In this document: one piece after another, positions 61,854-64,000 of the stretch
Layout of the letters: each line of letters starts with the position of its first letter
Numbering within the stretch: the stretch's first letter is position 1
NCBI GenBank assembly: GCA_964016885.1
Contig: OZ024766.1
Location: 2,356,001 to 2,420,000 of the forward strand
Source: Eledone cirrhosa
Lineage: Eukaryota
Direction of reading: 5' to 3'
Length of the DNA: 64,000 bases
The notes under the pieces: model-generated
Seen by the model: only the letters and a program-made list of their open reading frames with translations
What the model was told of the DNA's origin: nothing
Databases searched by the model: none
Program-made: the position numbers and the translations under genes

Positions 61854-64000
61854 GTTGACCCCCGGTATTTGCGGGAGCTACGTTCCGAGAGCACCAGTGA
61901 AGAGTGAAAAACCGCGAATATTGGGCGTGGTTCATAAAAATGCAATAAAGATCAATATATATATATTTATATTTATTTTAAAAAAATAACAGATTAAATC
62001 ATAGAATCGTTGCTTTCACCCTTAACGGGATCTTCTGAAAGAGTTTCAGAAGATCCCGTTAAGGGTGAAAGCAGCGATTCTTTGTTTTAATCTGTTATTC
62101 TAATAAATATTTGCTCTACGGTTTTCTATCTATTATCCTTCGGATTTTGGTCTTCACATTTATTATTATTACCATATATATACCATCATCATCAACATCA
62201 CCGTTTTACGTCCGTTCTTCCAGGCTAGCATGGGTTAGACGGGTTGTCCTGTTGTGGGCAATACCAGGTCGGGTGACCTGCTCTTGGTCATACGGGAACT
62301 GATTCTGGCTTGGTTTCTACAGCTGGATGCCCTTCCTAACACCAACCTCATTTACAGTGAGTGCTGGGTGCTTTTTTTTCGTGGCACCTACACGTCCACT
62401 TTACAGAGTGGACTGGGTGCTTTTTGTTGTGACACCTACATCACCACTTTACAGTGTGGACTGGGTACTTGTTGTTGTGACACCTACATCACCACTTTAC
62501 AGTGTGGACTGGGTGATATTTGTCATGAGACCTCCACGACCACTTTGGAGGGGTGGGGCACATTGTCTATATGCTTTGGCTTGTTCCCGTGGGAAATCGG
62601 GTCTTCTGTATTACTGCGTGACGCCAGAGGTCACGGTCATGTGTCATCGCCTTTGAGAGGTGCAATTGGGCAAGGTCAGCTTTTATCACCTCATCCCAGG
62701 TCTTCTTGGGTCTCCCCACTCCGCTGTTTCCATTGACTTCTAGTGCTCTGCACCTTTTTATGCAGCTGTCCTCCTTCATACGCATCACATGTCCATACCA
62801 ATGCAACCTCCTCTCCAGCACACATCATTTGATTCCTCTTATGCTCAGTCTCTCTCTCAATTTGTTTATACTTTGCTGTTCGCGTATATTACTATTACAC
62901 ATCCATCGGAGCATGCAGGCTTCATTTCTTTCTAATCAACGCAAGTCTTCTACACACAGCACCCAGGTCTCACTACCATGTATTCACCATACAGTCTGCC
63001 TTTTATTTTGAGGGAAAAGCCTTTTGCAGCCAGCAGTGGCAGTAGCTCCCTAAATATATATATATATACTTGGGAACTTGTGTGGGTATGTAGATATTTG
63101 TATTATATATATATATATAAACATATAAAATTATATACATAAAATGTTGACAAAGAAGGGTTTCTCTCTACATATGAAAGGTCGGTTATATGATGCCTGT
63201 GTGAGATGCGCGATGCTGCATGGGAGTGAGACATGGGCAGCAACTGCAGAGGATATGCGACGGCTGGAGAGAAATGAAGCAAGCATGCTCCGTTGGATGT
63301 GTAATGTCAATGTGCGTGAACGACCAAGCATAGACAAGTTGAAAGAGAAACTGTGTTTAAGAGGGATAAGTTGTAGTGTGCGGGAGAGAAGACTGAGATG
63401 GTATGGACATGTGATGTGTTGAGAGAGAAACTGGGTATAAGAGGGATAAGTTTTAGTGTGTGGGAGAGAAGACTGAGATGGTATGGACATGTGATGTGTT
63501 GAGAGAGAAACTGGGTATAAGAGGGATAAGTTTTAGTGTGTGGGAGAGAAGACTGAGATGGTATGGGCATGTGATGTGTTGAGAGAGAAACTGGGTATAA
63601 GAGGGATAAGTTTTAGTGTGTGGGAGAGAAGACTGAGATGGTATGGACATGTGATGTGCATCGAGGATGACTGCTGGGTATTAAGTCATTGCATGGTTGT
63701 CTCTCCTGGAAGTTTAAGTCCGTTACATTTGTTTGTGACACCCTTACAACATCGAATGTTGGTGTCACATATGTTGCCCCAAGCAGCGGGAGAAGAGAAT
63801 TAGGGCATACTAGACAGACATAACAGGAAATACAAGCAGTGAGATGCTACACAAGATCTCAATAAACAAGTTAACCAGTGTTGGACCAGACAATGTCATG
63901 TCATTATCTGCCACTAGGTGGCAGGGGAGTTGTTTTCTCGTATGAGAACCATATAGTCAACTAGAAATCTTCTGTTACAGGTCCAGTCAAGTCAATTAAC

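Larger units (their letters stand above)
47500..64000. repeat. Tandem segmental duplication, ~6.0-6.4 kb unit, each carrying one ZNF gene; third unit truncated by window end
   Basis: ATG-to-ATG spacing 5951 (C-D) and 6364 (D-E); same order of palindrome, SINE+48-mer array, RTE pieces, 80-mer array and unique spacer in each unit; 32-mer array seen in the two complete units. Confidence 0.95.

Overview
Repeat-rich, AT-rich eukaryotic DNA, most likely an octopus or other coleoid cephalopod. That assignment is inferred from the tRNA-derived SINEs, RTE remnants, dense (TA)n/(CA)n tracts and tandem single-coding-exon C2H2 genes. The left half holds a complete class I histone deacetylase gene (HDAC1/2, Rpd3 type) on the minus strand. 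I traced 14 coding exons by hand from ATG 29883 to TAA 975 (1431 nt, 476 aa), all with GT-AG introns. The right half is a minus-strand tandem cluster of five C2H2 zinc-finger genes (12, 12+1, 9, 9 and 9 fingers); the last three sit in a recent ~6-kb tandem duplication that runs off the window end. Almost all long ORFs in the track are microsatellite or minisatellite artefacts. Less obvious signals: (i) several minimal hammerhead-ribozyme motifs of the Penelope-like type, some inside fold-back palindromes and two in sense in HDAC intron 1; (ii) many minisatellites seeded from internal pieces of transposons (SINE, RTE, piggyBac-type MITE, and the catalytic-Glu segment of a Merlin/IS1595-type transposase); (iii) mosaic zinc-finger paralogs, one with an in-frame UAG in front of an intact extra finger.
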